This document shows positions 50,446 to 64,000 of a DNA stretch of 64,000 nt, piece by piece. This stretch comes from Mobula hypostoma. Taxonomy: Eukaryota. Below the pieces are notes generated by a model. The model worked only from the letters and a program-made list of their open reading frames with translations, was not told where the DNA came from and ran no database searches. The stretch spans positions 11,162,001 through 11,226,000 of the forward strand of contig NC_086109.1 of assembly GCF_963921235.1 (NCBI RefSeq). The letters run 5' to 3'. The position numbers and the translations under genes were made by a program. Within the stretch, counting starts at the first letter, position 1. The number at the start of each line of letters is the position of its first letter.

Positions 50446-51728
50446 CAGTTACAAGAAAAAGTTTGCAATTACCTGGTTTTCTGCATTAATGACTCTAAAA
50501 TGTGTTCTGATCTTCATCTAAGTCACGATAATAGACAAACACAATCTGTCTAACTAATAACACACAAACAACTATACTTGTCTTTATTGAACACAATCAT
50601 TCACAGTCCATGTTGGAAAAAGTATATGAGTCCTTGTATTTAATAACTGGTAGAACTCCAAACGTTTCCTGTAGCTGCTGATCACACTTGCACAACAGCA
50701 AGGAGGAATTTTAGACCATTCCTCCTTACAAAACTGTTTCAGTTCATCAATATTTCTGGGATACCTTGCATGAACAGCCCTCTTCAGGTCATGCCACGGC
50801 ATCTCAATTGAGTTCAGGACTAGACTTGGCCATTCCAAAACACAAATTTACATGAGAATGTCAGTAGCAGTCAGTCACCTGAAGCTTAATAGAAGTTGGA
50901 TGATGCAACAAGACAATGATCTAAAATACAAGAATAAACCAATCTTTTGTTGATTTATTCTTGTATTTTAGATCATTGTCTTGCTGCATCGTCCAACTTC
51001 TATCAAGCTTCAGGTGACTGACTGCTACTCTTGACATTCTCATGTAAAATGTCTGATCCAATTTGGAATTCGTTGTTCCTGTCCAAGCCCTGAGGCAACA
51101 AAGCAGCCCTAAACCTTGATACTCTTTCCACCATGCTTCACAGTTGGGATGAGGTTTTGGTATTGGGGTGCAGTGCCCTTTTTCCTCCAAACGTAGCAAT
51201 GTGCATATCTGCCAAGAAAGTTCAACTTTTGTCTCATCTGTCCACAGAGCATTGTGGAACATCCAGGTGCTCTTTTGCAAACTTGAGATGTGCAGCATTT
51301 TTCTTTTGGGAGAGCAGTGGTTTCTCCTCCATGGTGTCCTTCCATGAACACCATTCTTGTTCAGTATTTTTCTAATAGTGTACGCATGAAGAGGGACTTT
51401 AGCAAGTTCTAGAGATTTCTGCAGGTCTTTTGCTGTTACTTTTGGGTTCTTTTTCACCTCCTTCAGAATTTATTGATTGGAACATCTGACTCCAAATAGC
51501 TTTTGTAGAAGGCATTGCTCCAGAGGTTCACTTACTTTTTTGAAGCTGGACTGTGATAGCTTAAATGGTGTACTCAGTATTGATGAGAAGTAGTACAATT
51601 GTGTGTTAGTAGTTTAGGTAGATTATGTTTATCTATTATTGTGACTTGGATGAAGATCAGACCAAATTTTATGAGTATGCAGAAAATCAGATAATTGCAA
51701 ACAGTTGACAAACTTTTTCCTGCAACTG
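50446..51728 (-). mobile_element. Defective Tc1-family transposon with an internal foldback duplication
   Basis: TA|CAGTTACAAGAAAAAGTTTG...CAAACTTTTTCCTGCAACTG TIRs. Transposase fragments KNPKVTAKDLQ, WTDETKVE, TVKHGG, QQDND, LNSIEMPW. Confidence 0.88.
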
Positions 51729-51817
51729 TGTGTGTGTGTGTGTGTGTTTATAAATATATTATTTCCAAATGCACCTTCAAAATACATATGGATTTGCCTA
51801 ATAATGAGAGAAGCTGT

Positions 51818-51852
<35 letters not shown>
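51727..51852. repeat. (TG)n and (CA)n microsatellites in inverted orientation
   Basis: TG run at ~51727-51747 and CA run at ~51820-51852. Confidence 0.9.
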
Positions 51853-51853
<1 letters not shown>

Positions 51854-52285
51854 AAATTAACAGCGTACTGATGATGTCTCCTCATACGGTGACAGAATAT
51901 TTGCCAATGAATTGCCAGGATAGAAGAACAACTCAACTCAACCATACTCCTTCAGCTCCCCATCTTTAAGAATTAGATTAGGAGAACACTCAGTCACTCA
52001 GCCCTCTTTTATTGTCATTTAGAAATGCATACATGCATTAAGAAATGATACAATGTTTCTCCAGAGTGATATCACAGAATTAGCTGTGCACAAGGGACTT
52101 GTTACAACTTCTGATTTATTTAATAGAAACATAAATAAGCACTTGATTATGTACTTAAGTCGATCTTTTACTTTGTATAAACCCATTTGGTACAATTGCT
52201 TTCATATTAATCTAAGCCTGTCTGCTGAGATAATGGATGCTGTAAAATCAATGAAAAGATGAACTTGGCAATCATTTGCTTTCAG

Positions 52286-52412
52286 CGATGTCTTCCATAC
52301 AAAGAAACAGCTAAACAACTTCCAGGATATGTTGGAGAACATATTTCTTCCTATTTTTGAAGCAACAATTAATCCTCGCAATCACCCAGAGCTTCACTTG
52401 TTCCTTCAGCAT
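52286..52412 (+). CDS. AMPD2: AMP deaminase 2 exon (127 nt)
   Basis: ttcag|...|gtgagt. Encodes [42 protein letters not shown]. Confidence 0.96.
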
Positions 52413-52537
52413 GTGAGTATTATTAGAATGATGGTGGTATCATTCAGAATTATCAGAGGCAATGGAACAGAAATTTAGCATTGTGCTTTATCAAAAAAAA
52501 CTCATTATTTCAGTTTTATTTGTTTGACAAATCATTA

Positions 52538-54139
52538 TAGTGAATTCCGGTTAATTGGGACACATCGAAACCAGTGCTTTTTGGCTCAATTAAGTGGCTG
52601 CTTCAACTAACCAAAGTTTCATGAAAATACTTAAAAATATATATAAATTACATAAACTACCATTTAACTGAGTAACAAATTATGTATTTAAATGAAATGC
52701 AGAACAGATTAAAACACTACCAATACTACTACAGTACTATAAAACTGTAGTAGTTCCTGATAGTAATTGATGGAGGAATTCAGCACACGCTGCTGCAATC
52801 TTTTGAGTAACAAGTTCAGTGCAGATGCTGCATGTAGATAATGGACTGCCTTCATACAATAATATCAATGATTGCATCCTCATTTTCATTGTAACATACA
52901 AGATGATTCAAAGTACATTTATTATCAAAGTATAAATTATGTTATCTTAAGATTTGTCTGCTTACAGGCAGCCACAAAGCAAGAAACCCGAAAGAACTCA
53001 ATTTAAAAAAAACACATCCAATGCAGAGAAAGGGAACAAACACAAATCAAACCAAAAGTAGAAGCGAGCTACAACATTCTGAACCAAAATTAGTTCATTG
53101 TCCCAAATCCCCAGAGCAGCCGGAGTAGGCCCAAAGCCTCAGTTTCAGTTCATCATATAATCAGGCAAAGTTCACAGACACAAAACACGTAGCAGCTGGG
53201 GCCTCCTCTCAGCCTCCACACTGAATGAACATCACGTATGAGTGAGCAACATTGGCCCGACCCTTGCCTCCGGACCTGACACCCTGCCTTTCCAGTCTAT
53301 CCGGGCCGGCATTTAAATTGTTCAAACACTGTGTCGGTCCCCACACCAGGATTTGGGCCCCACTGCAGTGACACCATCTGGGCAGAGGCCTTGCTGCCCA
53401 GCCCGAAGCCGTTCTCAACCTTTCTAAATCGGCTTGGTGTTTCAGCTTCAAGCGATCTAATCTCACACACGGTTTAGGTGAACGGGCATTGAAACTCCTC
53501 TGCCTTGACTGCTCTCCAAATCGCTTACTCCAACTCCATCTCCGACAGTGACGCTGTCTTTGTCTCAAAGATGTTACACTCCGACGATGCAATACACCAA
53601 AACGGCCTAACCCGCGAGTCAGCTTTACCTTTGCTTGCATCTTCTTTGTTTGCAACGATAGTTTACCACAATTTGCCTTAGAAAAAGTATTATTGATGAT
53701 TAATAACTGTTGATATCTTCAAATTCTTTGTAGCTCCTAGCCTGTGAAATAGTGAAATTATTTTGTTTTTATTTCTGGCTGTTTCTGGCATCTTGAAGTC
53801 TGAATGCTTGAAACTGCAGTGATCAAAACAATTCTGAGTTGCCTTACTGCTTATTTCTCGCCTAACTATCAGTGACAGATTACTGCTTTTAAACAGAAGT
53901 ACATGCAACTGATGCTATTTAAGAACTGTTTACTCTAAGCACAGTGTAGTGTCTAATGGCCACTCAAGTACACACATCTGAGACGAGTAAGAAACTACTG
54001 GGGCAACAGTCTCCTGCCCCAATTAAACGTGAAATTCTCCCAAATAAACAAATGGAATCTTGGCTATTTTCACAATTACTTTTTGTTCTTTAAGAGTTGT
54101 TCCAAATAAGCAGCTGCCCTGATTAACCAGAATCCACAG
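52538..54139 (-). mobile_element. Tigger/pogo-like non-autonomous DNA transposon with a ~790-bp nested insertion (~52909-53694)
   Basis: TIRs TAGTGAATTCCGGTTAATTGGG / CCCTGATTAACCAGAATCCACAG flanked by TA. Nested insert is bounded by GATGATT and absent from the 22006 copy. Confidence 0.65.
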
Positions 54140-55198
54140 TATTAACTTTTGTTGCTCCATAGTTTTCTGGAATTTTATTTTGTTTCATGTCAATAATAGC
54201 TGTTTAGAATCTGTAATAAGAAAAAAGTATCTCTCTTATCATTGATAAGTAATTAATTTGAGCTTGTTTAATGTTCACCTTGAACCTTTTGCATAGTGGA
54301 TGCCTTTGATTTAGATCACACTGCTGTGCTAATACTTGCTGAAATAATGACATGCTCTGCATCAAAGTTAATTTGACAACTTAATTTAACTTGATATCAG
54401 TGAAGAAATAGTGAACAATTCTGTGCCCTGCTTAGCTGGAATTTTGAATATTTTTCAGTGAGATTATTGCCACTCATATATGGTGTGCTAAGTGTGTGCT
54501 TATTTAGCATAAAGCCTAATCCCAATTTCTAGGCATATCCATTTTATCTATTCTATTGCAGTAGATACTTATGAAAATTCCAGTAGTTTCCTAATTAACT
54601 ATGTTTTTTATTAATTTGCCGTTGCCAGAGAACAGTAGAACACAGAGCTGGGCCTTTTGGCCCATGATCTCTGTGCTGACCATGATTCCAATTTAAACAA
54701 ATCCCATCTGGATGCACATTGTTTACATTCCCCACCCCCTCATCACCTTACATACAGTGATTGTGTGACTGATAGACAAATTCATGTGACTGTCCAAATG
54801 CCTCTTAATTCGAGTTTAATTATCATTCCACCATACATGAATATTGCCAAACGAAACAGCAATTTATTTTTTTTGGTGGGGGGGTGGCCAAGGTACAAAA
54901 CACAGCACATAGAACAAATAGCATATGTGGTTACAATTTCAGAAAAACATACAGTCACAAAGAAAAAAATATAGCCCAAGTCCCTGAGTGGCATAACTGT
55001 AGATGGTTCAGGTACAGCTTGTTCTTCTGAGCAAACACCAAAGAACAGCACCAAGTGAACACCAGAAGGCTGCACTGACTGGAGAGCTCAGCCTCCAACC
55101 AAAGAATAGGTTCTAGCGTGCCCACTAGAAGCCCTGGGCAGTGTTGTACGTTACCAGGGTCTTGCAATCCCAATAAAAAATGTCCTGAATAATGACTC

Positions 55199-55386
55199 AA
55201 ATAACAGGAATTCTGCAGATGCTAGAAATTCAAGCAACACACATAAAAGTTGCTGGTGAACGCAGCAGGCCAGGCAGCATCTCTAGGAAGAGGTGCAGTC
55301 GACGTTTCAGGCCGAGACCCTTCGTCAGGACTAACTGAAGGAAGAGTGAGTAAGGGATTTGAAAGTTGGAGGGGGAGATCCAAAAA
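55199..55386 (-). mobile_element. Young Penelope-like pseudo-LTR with intact hammerhead motif (55297-55332, minus strand)
   Basis: Nearly identical to the 1355-1813 arms. 11-bp TSD AATAATGACTC (55188-55198, 55387-55397). Confidence 0.85.
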
Positions 55387-55818
55387 AATAATGACTCGCT
55401 CAGTTTGTTGGATCACGCATGGTCTCGGCACAATGGTACACAGTAAGTTGAGGTGACAACACAACAGCAATACACAATAAGTCCAGCTCCATCACTGCAC
55501 CTAATTAGTAAAAATAGAATTGCTAATTGTTGTAGCTGTTTCCACCACCTCCCTGGTGCATATCTCAGACACTTACCATACAAACATCTGACTCTTCAAA
55601 TAATGCTGTGTCAAGTAATCATGGGTAATTTCTAAACTCTTCTGATGCTGGAGCACTGAGAATTTATTGGTACGTACAATCCTCCATTGCTATCTTTAGT
55701 GAATTATGTGAGAATTTACTGCTAATGGAACAGTGTGTTGTACAACCATTTATAGCAGCTTTAAGGAGGAAAAACTTGGAGGAATGTATGTAATCATTGG
55801 GATTATCTGCTTTTACAG

Positions 55819-55982
55819 GTTGTGGGCTTTGATAGCGTTGATGATGAGTCCAAACCAGAACATCACATTTTCAATGCAGATAGCCAGTTGCCTGTGAATT
55901 GGACCGAAGATGAAAACCCACCTTATGCCTATTATCTTTACTACATGTATGCTAACATGACTGTACTGAATCATCTTCGCAA
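55819..55982 (+). CDS. AMPD2: AMP deaminase 2 exon (164 nt)
   Basis: tacag|...|gtaagg. Encodes [18 protein letters not shown]...[22 protein letters not shown]. Confidence 0.97.
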
Positions 55983-56013
55983 GTAAGGGCTTCCGCATTT
56001 CTACAATCTAAAG

Positions 56014-56095
56014 CAGGGTTGTTCCAAACTGGGATCCATGGACTCCTTGCTTAATGGTATTAATCCATGGCATAAAAATTGGTTGGGAACCCCTG
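56014..56095. mobile_element. hAT (Charlie/MER5-like) MITE
   Basis: CAGGGTTGTTCC...GGGAACCCCTG flanked by ATCTAAAG/TTCTAGAA. Another copy lies at ~5788-5855. Confidence 0.7.
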
Positions 56096-56980
56096 TTCTA
56101 GAATAATAGAGGGAATTGTCTTTAAAGTATTACTTGTTACATTCCAAGACACAGTAAGTTATATTGGTGATGAGTTTATCTGCTCAGACAATGTGACTAG
56201 CTCTAATTGTATTCAGGTCTCATCTGCAGTTTTCCTCCTAAGTTTCTAAGTGTGTATATGTCACTAGAAAAACACAGAGATTCATTTTCTTGCAGGTATG
56301 CACAGTGGAATTCACTGGTTAGTCAAGGCGCCAAAGTTTACACGGAGAAGCCATGAGAATGGTATTGAGAGGGATAATAAATCAGCCATGATGGAATTGT
56401 AGAGCAGACTTGATGGGCTCAGTGGCGTAATTCTCCTCCTATGTCTTATGGTCTAACAAACAAATAGAATAAAGTAAAAATAGTCCTTTGGCTCAGTTTA
56501 AGTTTAGTTAACCTAGTCAGGTTGGGTTTTGCAATTGGTAAACTCAATCTATGGGCTCAGTTTCAAGGACTCTGCAGCTCAAGTTCTTGGTATTATTTAA
56601 TTAATTAGTATTTGCACAGTTTATTTTATCTTATCAGTCTTGTAACTTTTCATTGTATTTCACAGCACATATGGATGACAGAAAAATGGAGGGCTTTGCA
56701 GGAGGGAAGGGTTAGATCAGGGGAGTAGGTTAAAAGTCAGCAAAACATCATGGGCTTAAGGGCCCATGTTGTGCTGTTCTATGTTCAGAAAATGTAGTCA
56801 TAGGTTAGTCCCATCTTTGCTTAAAAAAGAATTCTGAAGTTTTCATTGTTTTAATTTTATGACATGTACTATGCCTTATCAGAAAGAATATGTAACTCCT
56901 CACTTGATTAATAAATGCTGGTGATCCAATGATTATTGTTTGGAACACAGTCATATTCAGAGTAAATCCAGAGAAGTATA

Positions 56981-58592
56981 CAGTGGTATGCAAAAGTTTG
57001 AGCACCCCGGTCAGTTTCTGTTACTGTGAATAGTTAAGTGAGTAGAAGATGAACTGATCTCCAAAAGTCATGAAGTTAAAGATGAAACATTCTTTTCAAC
57101 GTTTAAAGCAAGGTTAGTGTATTATTTTTGTTTTGTACAATTTTAGAATGGGGAAAAAAGGAAAGGAGCACCATGTAAAAGTTTGGGCACCCCAAGAGAT
57201 TTGAGCTCTCAGATAACTTTTACCAAGGTCTCAGACCTTAATTAGCTTGTTAGGGCTATGGCTTGTTCACAGTCATCGTTAGGAAAGGCCAGGTGATGCA
57301 AATTTCAAAGTTTTATAAATACCCTGACTCCTCAAACCTTGTCCCTGCAATCAGCAGCCATGGGCTCCTCTAAGCAGCTGCTTAGCACTCTGAAAATTAA
57401 AATAAATTTTAGGAGAAGGCTATAAGAAGATAGCAAAATGTTTTCAGGTAGCCGTTTCCTCAGTTCATAATGTGATTAAGAAATGGCAATTAACAGGAAT
57501 GGTGGAGGTCAAGTTAAGGTCTGGAAGACCAAGAAAACTTTCTGAGAGAACTGTTCGTAGGATTGCTAGAAAGGCAAATCAAAAACCCCCATTTGACTGC
57601 AAAAGACCTTCAGGAAGATTTAGCAGACTCTGGAGTGGTGGCGCACTGTTCTACTGTGCAGCGACACCTGCACAAATATGACCTTCATGGAAGAGTCATC
57701 AGAAGAAAACCTTTCCTGTGTCCTCACCACAAAATTCAGCGTCAGAAGTTTGCAAAGGAACATCTAAACAAGCCTGATGCATTGTGGAAATAAGTCCTGT
57801 GGACTGATGAAGTTAAAATAGAACTTTTTGGCCACAGTGAGCAAAGGTATGTTTGGAGGAAAAAGGGTGCAGAATTTCATGGAGAACTCCTCTCCAACTG
57901 TTAGCATGGGAGTGGATCGATCATGCTTTGGGCTTGTGTTGCAGCCAGTGGCATGGGGAACATTTCACTGGTAGAGGGAAGAATGAATTCAATTAAATAT
58001 CAGCAAATTCTGGAAGCAAACATCACACTGTCTGCATAAAAAAAAAACTGAAGATGAGAAGAGGATGGCTTCTACAACAGGATAATGATCCTAAACACAC
58101 CTCAAAATCCACAATGGACTACCTCAAGAGGCGCAAGCTGAGGGTTTTGCCATGGCCCTCACAGTCCCCCGACCTAAACATCATCAAAAATCTGTGGATA
58201 GACCTCAAAAGAGCAGTGCATGCCAGAAGGTCCACGAATCTCACAGAACTAGAAGCCTTTTGCAAGGAAGAATGGGTGAAAATCCCCCAAACAAGAATTG
58301 AGACTCTTAGCTGGCTACAGAAAGCATTTACAAGCTGTGATACTTGCCAAAGGGGGTATTATTAAGTACTGACCATGCAGGGTGCCCAAACTTTTGCTTC
58401 GGGCCCTTTTCCTTTTTTGTTATTTTGAAACTGTAAAAGATGGAAATAAAAAAGTAACCTTGCTTAAAATATTAAAGAAATGTGTCATCTTTAACTTTAT
58501 GCCTTTTGGAAATCAGGTCATTTTTTACTCACTTAACTATTCACAGTAACAGACATTTTGACCAGGGGTGCCCAAACTTTTGCATGCCATTA
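56981..58592 (+). mobile_element. Essentially full-length, inactivated Tc1-family transposon (IR/DR type, ~1.6 kb)
   Basis: TA-flanked ~200-bp TIRs with inner repeats of AAAAGTTTGGGCACCC. Transposase from ATG ~57360: [30 protein letters not shown]. The third catalytic Glu is Lys, there is a stop at 57791-57793, and several frameshifts. Confidence 0.92.
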
Positions 58593-58859
58593 TATTTGTT
58601 GCATTTTTTCTGAGGTAATTGTGTAGAATTTTACAATGCAGACACATGCCAATTTGGTCCAACATGGCTGTAGTGGTGCTTCTTATCCACAGTTGTCTCC
58701 TCCCACTGCAGTCTTTCATCCTGCCAACATACCTTTTTCCCTTCAATCAAAGACTTCTAAACTTGGGATGTGAAGTTTATATGAGTAACGAATGTGATGC
58801 CTGTTTTTTGGGGAACGTGTTAGCGTAGGGCTGTTATCATTGTTATTATTTTTCTGCAG

Positions 58860-58980
58860 GAAGAGAGGATTCAATACATTTGTTTTGCGGCCACATTGTG
58901 GAGAGGCTGGCCCCATTCACCATCTTATATCTGGATTCATGCTTTCACAGAGTATCTCTCATGGTCTTCTGCTTCGAAAG
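58860..58980 (+). CDS. AMPD2: AMP deaminase 2 exon (121 nt), catalytic HCGE motif
   Basis: tgcag|...|gtatgg. Encodes [40 protein letters not shown]. Confidence 0.97.
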
Positions 58981-59049
58981 GTATGGGCAAAAGTGCTACC
59001 TGAACACCCAATTTTTTTTAAAATTGTACTTGAGCTAGAACAAGGTGTG

Positions 59050-60700
59050 GCTAGTGTGCTGCGCTGCGTATATTTCAATGCGAGAATTATTGTAGGAAAG
59101 GCATGGATCAACACCTGGAATTATGATGTTGTAACCAATAGTGAGACTTGGTTGCAAGAGGGGCAGGACTGACAGCTTAATATTGCAGGGTTCTGTTGTT
59201 TTAGATGTGACAGAGCGGGAAGGAATAAAGGACGAGGGGTGGCGTTACTAGTTGGGGAAAATGACAAGGCAGTACTCCATCAGGACAGACTGGAGAACTT
59301 GACTAGTGAGGCGTTATAAGTGGATCTGACCAATAAGAATGATATGTCCATGTTTGTGGGGTTATATTACAGACCACCCAACAGTATGAGGGACTTAGAG
59401 GAACAAGTTTGTAAAGAGATCGCAGACTTTTGCAAGAAACATAATGTTCTTATAGTAGGTGATTTTTAACTTTCCACATATTGACTGGAAATCCCATACT
59501 ATAAAAGGACTAGATGGGATAGAGTTTGTCAGATGTGTTCAGAAAAATTTCCTTTATCAGTACGTATCAGAAGTCCCATCGAGAGAGCGTACGATATTTG
59601 ATCTGCTCATGAGACAGGGCAGGTGACGGAAGTGTATAGGACATAGAAATCTACAGCACATTACAGGCCCTTCAGCTCACAACATTATGCCGACCATGTA
59701 ACCTACTCTGCCTAGAATTTCCCTAGTGCATAGCCCTCTATTTTTCTAAGCTCCATGTACCTATCCAAGAGGCTCTTAAAAGACCCTATTGTATCCACCT
59801 CCACCACCGCCACCAGCAGTGCATTCCACACACCCACCACTCTCTGCGTGGAAAACCTACCCTTTGACATCCCCTCTGTACCTTCAAAAACAAAATTTTG
59901 AGAGTACATGTGTAGGGAATCTTTGTTTTCAAGAGATATTGAGGCCCTGGTTAAGAGAAAAAAGGAAGTGAGTAACAGGTATAGGCAAGTAGGAACAAAT
60001 GAGGTGCTTATGGAGTAGAAGAAATGCAAGAGTACATTTAAGAAAGAAATCAGAAAAGTTAAAAGAAGATATGAAGTTGATCTAGCTGACAAAGTGAAGG
60101 AGAATCCTAAACTATTCTCTTAAAAGATTGCAAGGGACAAAATTTGTCCTCTGTGAAACCAGAACGATAATCTACGTGTAGAGCCAAACCAGATGGGGGA
60201 GATCTTAAATGCATTCTTTGCATCTGTATTTACTCGGGACACAGATACAGAGTGTATAGAAGTGAGGCAAAGAGCACCAACTTCATGGATTCTGTAAAGA
60301 AAACAGAAGAGGAGGTGTTTGTTACCCTGAGGCAAATCAGGATGGATAATTCTCCAGGGTCTGACAAGACCCACCCTACAGGAGGCAAGTGCAGAAATTG
60401 ATGGGGCCCTAGCAAAAATATTTAAAGCATCCGTAACGACAGGAGAAGTACCAGAGGATTGGCGGATAGCCAATGTTGTTCCACTGTTTAAAAAAGGCTT
60501 TAAGCAAAAACCAGAAAATTATAGACAGGTGAGTCTGACATCAGTTGAGGGAAAGCTATTGGAAGGTATTCTAAGGGACCGGATATACAAGTATTTGGAT
60601 AAACTTGGACTGATTAAGGATAGTCAGCATGGCTTTGTGTGTGGCAAGTCATGTCTAACCAATCTTAGAGTTTTTCGAGGAAGTTACTAGGAAGGTGGTG
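59050..60700 (+). mobile_element. CR1 LINE ORF2 5' part (endonuclease to start of RT), with a minus-strand CR1 3' end inserted at ~59640-59890
   Basis: LRCVYFNAR...[37 protein letters not shown]...NYRQVSLTS. Confidence 0.85.
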
Positions 60701-60755
60701 AAGCACCCAGGTATCAGTTGTGTGTGCAGTCTCTCCTAAGTGACCCACTGAAGCT

Positions 60756-61213
60756 TGGGTCCCCAATAATCCTATGGGCCCTTTTTACACACCTGTCCTT
60801 GTAAATGTCTTGAATCATGGGAAGTTCACAACTATAGATGCGCTGGGCTATCCGCACCACTCTCTGCTGAGTCCCGTGATTAATGGAGTTACAGTTCCCG
60901 TACCAGGCAATGAGGCAGCCAGTCAGGATGCTCTCGATTGTGCCCCTGTAGAAAGTTCTTAGGATTTGGAGGCCTATACCAAACCTTCTCAACCATCTGA
61001 GGTGAAAGAGGCGCTGTCGTGCCTTTTTCATCACACAGCTGGTGTGTGCAGACCACGTGAGGTCCTCAGTGATGTGGATGCCAAAGAACTTAAAGCTGTT
61101 TACCCTCTCAACCCCAGATCCATTGATGTCAAGAGGTTAGCCAGTCTCCATTCCTCCTGTGATCCACAACCAGCTCCTTTGTTTTTCGCAACATTGAGGC
61201 AGAGGTTGTTCTC
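60756..61213 (-). mobile_element. Rex1/Babar LINE fragment
   Basis: Closely matches ~20662-21121 in reverse (KKARQRLFHLRWLRRFG...FYRGTIESILTGCL). Confidence 0.88.
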
Positions 61214-61484
61214 TGATGTGGAGATGTCGGAGAAAGAAGTAATGGCAATATAATTGTCCAAGGTACTGCACCTTTAGGATAGGACCTAACTTGGATTTGA
61301 TGAGTTGAGGCAGTCCAGGGGGTGTACATTTCTTGCTTGCCTGAGAAGATGAAAGAAAGGTGGATGGCTCTGCAGGAAGGAATGGTTAGATTGATCTTTA
61401 GAGTATTGAACATTGGCACAATATCATGGGCAGAAGGGCATGTACTGTTCTATGTTCTAAGTGCTTGTGAAACATGTTTTCTAG

Positions 61485-61865
<381 letters not shown>

Positions 61866-63852
61866 TGAAGATTCGGAGTTCTAGGATCATGCAGCACAGA
61901 ATCAAACCCTTCACTCATTGAGGCCGTGCTGACTATGAAACACATATTTACACTGACCAAGGATCAACTTTGTTCACTGTACACATTTGATATTTATTTG
62001 GAATTTACTGTGGTGTGTTGGTGTGACACACAACATTGAATAATTATAAAAATTGTATAAAAGTAAGTTACAGGTTAAAGTACAGATATGGAATAGAATG
62101 TACATAAATATATAGATACTAGCATGTATTTTCAATGTAAACTGCATTACAAAAAGTGGATTGAAGTGTTTACAGTGCAGTCACTGGGGTAATAGATGGT
62201 GTGGGTGAGGGGTCAAACTAAAATGGTCGATCAGATTAACTTCCTGGGGGAAGAAACTTTTAAGATGATGTGAAGATTTTGTTTTAATAGCCCTATAGCA
62301 CTTTCCTGAAGGGAGATTTTGGAAAAGACAGTTTGCAGGCCAGACGGTGTCTGCAATGATTTTATTTCCTGTCTGCGTTTTTGTCCTGGACGTGAACAAG
62401 TCCTTTTACTCATTTTACTCTTCCCCCTTCAACTCCTTCTGAGATCCTACTATTATTTTTTTTACATATTAAGACCAGTTTGCAATGGACTGTGAACCTA
62501 CTAACTGACACATCTTAGGATGTGGGTAAAAAAGCACAGCACTTGGAGGAAACCCATGCAGTCACAGGGATAATGTGAACACTGCACAGGCACCATTGGA
62601 AGTCGGGATTGAAATGTGTGGGCAGCAGCCCCATGCATTGTGCTACCGTGGGATGGATGAGAAGAGCAGGATGGTTGAGAAACCATTTTATGCATTGAAC
62701 CTTCTTAGAAATGTTTTCTTTTAATCTTGAGATCGGGAAAATGGGCATCATGTTCACCACACATCAGTGAGATTTATCTGACCTGACATTCCTCTCAGCG
62801 TGATTAGAATCTCTAAGCTTCTAACAAATATGATCATTCATTTCCTGTACCGTTGAGTGATTTTAGCTCTTGGGACTTGACACAGTAGATTGTTGCCACT
62901 TCTATGTATTTGTACCAGCTTCCATTGCAGATAGTGAAAATTAAATTTTTGAATCTACTTTGAGAAAGTTACTTTTTCTCCCCTCACAGGGTTCAAAGTT
63001 ATTTAAAATCCACTTTTATCAAATATTATGTGAGCAAGTGTATGGCTGTAATATATGTATGTATTTCTTGATATGTATCCCATGCTTTTGTACAGATGAA
63101 AATTAATTTTTCATTGAATCAGTCCTTGCATTGCCGATAGGTACCTGGATAAATGTAGAGCATCTTAAATGATTTAATGCTTACATATTTAATCTATAGT
63201 TCTGCCATTTGAACGTAGGAGCCAGAATTAGAAGTACAAATACAGAAGGCTCAGCTGTTCTGTGATTCAAGTTAAAGTAACAAATCTGAGGAACATTGTA
63301 AAATGTATTTAAACAGAACATTCACAGGTCTCATGATAAAAATTCTATAAACACAGGCACTTCATTTCAGAAGCACTAAACCGTTACAACACGTGACAGG
63401 ATATCACACTGCTTGAGGAACCTTTAAAACAGTTGGAGTATTTTTTTCCCTATCTCTTAGATAATTGGTTTACAGGCTAGCTCATCTTTCATCAGCCATT
63501 TAGAATGTAACTTCCACTTCAGTGTCACTCAACTGATCTTTGCTTCACTCTGCATTATTCTCACCGCTGTGATTGCTACACAGAATGATCCTTCACTTCT
63601 GCTGAATTACAAAAGCAAAATGATGGAAAGCTGAAATAAAACAGAGTACTAGAAATTCTCAGTAGGGCAGGCAGCAAGGGAAGAGTTAACCTGCATTCTG
63701 ATGAAAGGTCATTGAGGTAAAATGTTAACCCTCTTTCTCTCCATATGACGGCAGCTTGAACTATCAGGTATTTTCTGTTTTTGTGGTTCCTTAACTTCCT
63801 CTCTATTTTGTTAGTTTATTTTTAAATGTGCAGCTTAATGCTCTACATCTGA

Positions 63853-63999
<147 letters not shown>

Positions 64000-64000
64000 A

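Noticed and set aside
63680..63745. CTGATGA hammerhead-like motif in an old Penelope-like remnant (similar at ~36095-36132)
   Set aside because: The GAAA box and stems are too decayed to call a ribozyme.

Overview
Vertebrate genomic DNA. The repeat content (CR1, Rex1/Babar, Penelope, V-SINE-like, Tc1) suggests a cartilaginous fish, probably a ray; this is an inference. The window holds 16 consecutive coding exons of an intact AMP deaminase 2 gene (AMPD2, + strand, 11604-63990, 2180 nt). All introns are GT-AG and the phases join into one open frame. The last coding exon lies beyond the window, and the start exon is either upstream or a 13-nt candidate at 9978-9990. The introns are packed with retroelement and DNA transposon remnants, which explain nearly all ORFs in the supplied track. 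Two things stand out. (1) A ~177-bp GC/CpG-rich piece of the unrelated gene CYHR1/ZFTRAF1 sits circularly permuted inside a SINE-like element at 7912-8088, as expected if a small DNA circle re-integrated. (2) A young Penelope-type family, often inserted as inverted repeats with 11-15 bp target duplications, carries intact minimal hammerhead ribozyme motifs, including a sense copy inside an AMPD2 intron. Repeat boundaries are approximate unless a TSD or TIR is quoted. Family names come from recalled motifs, not database searches.
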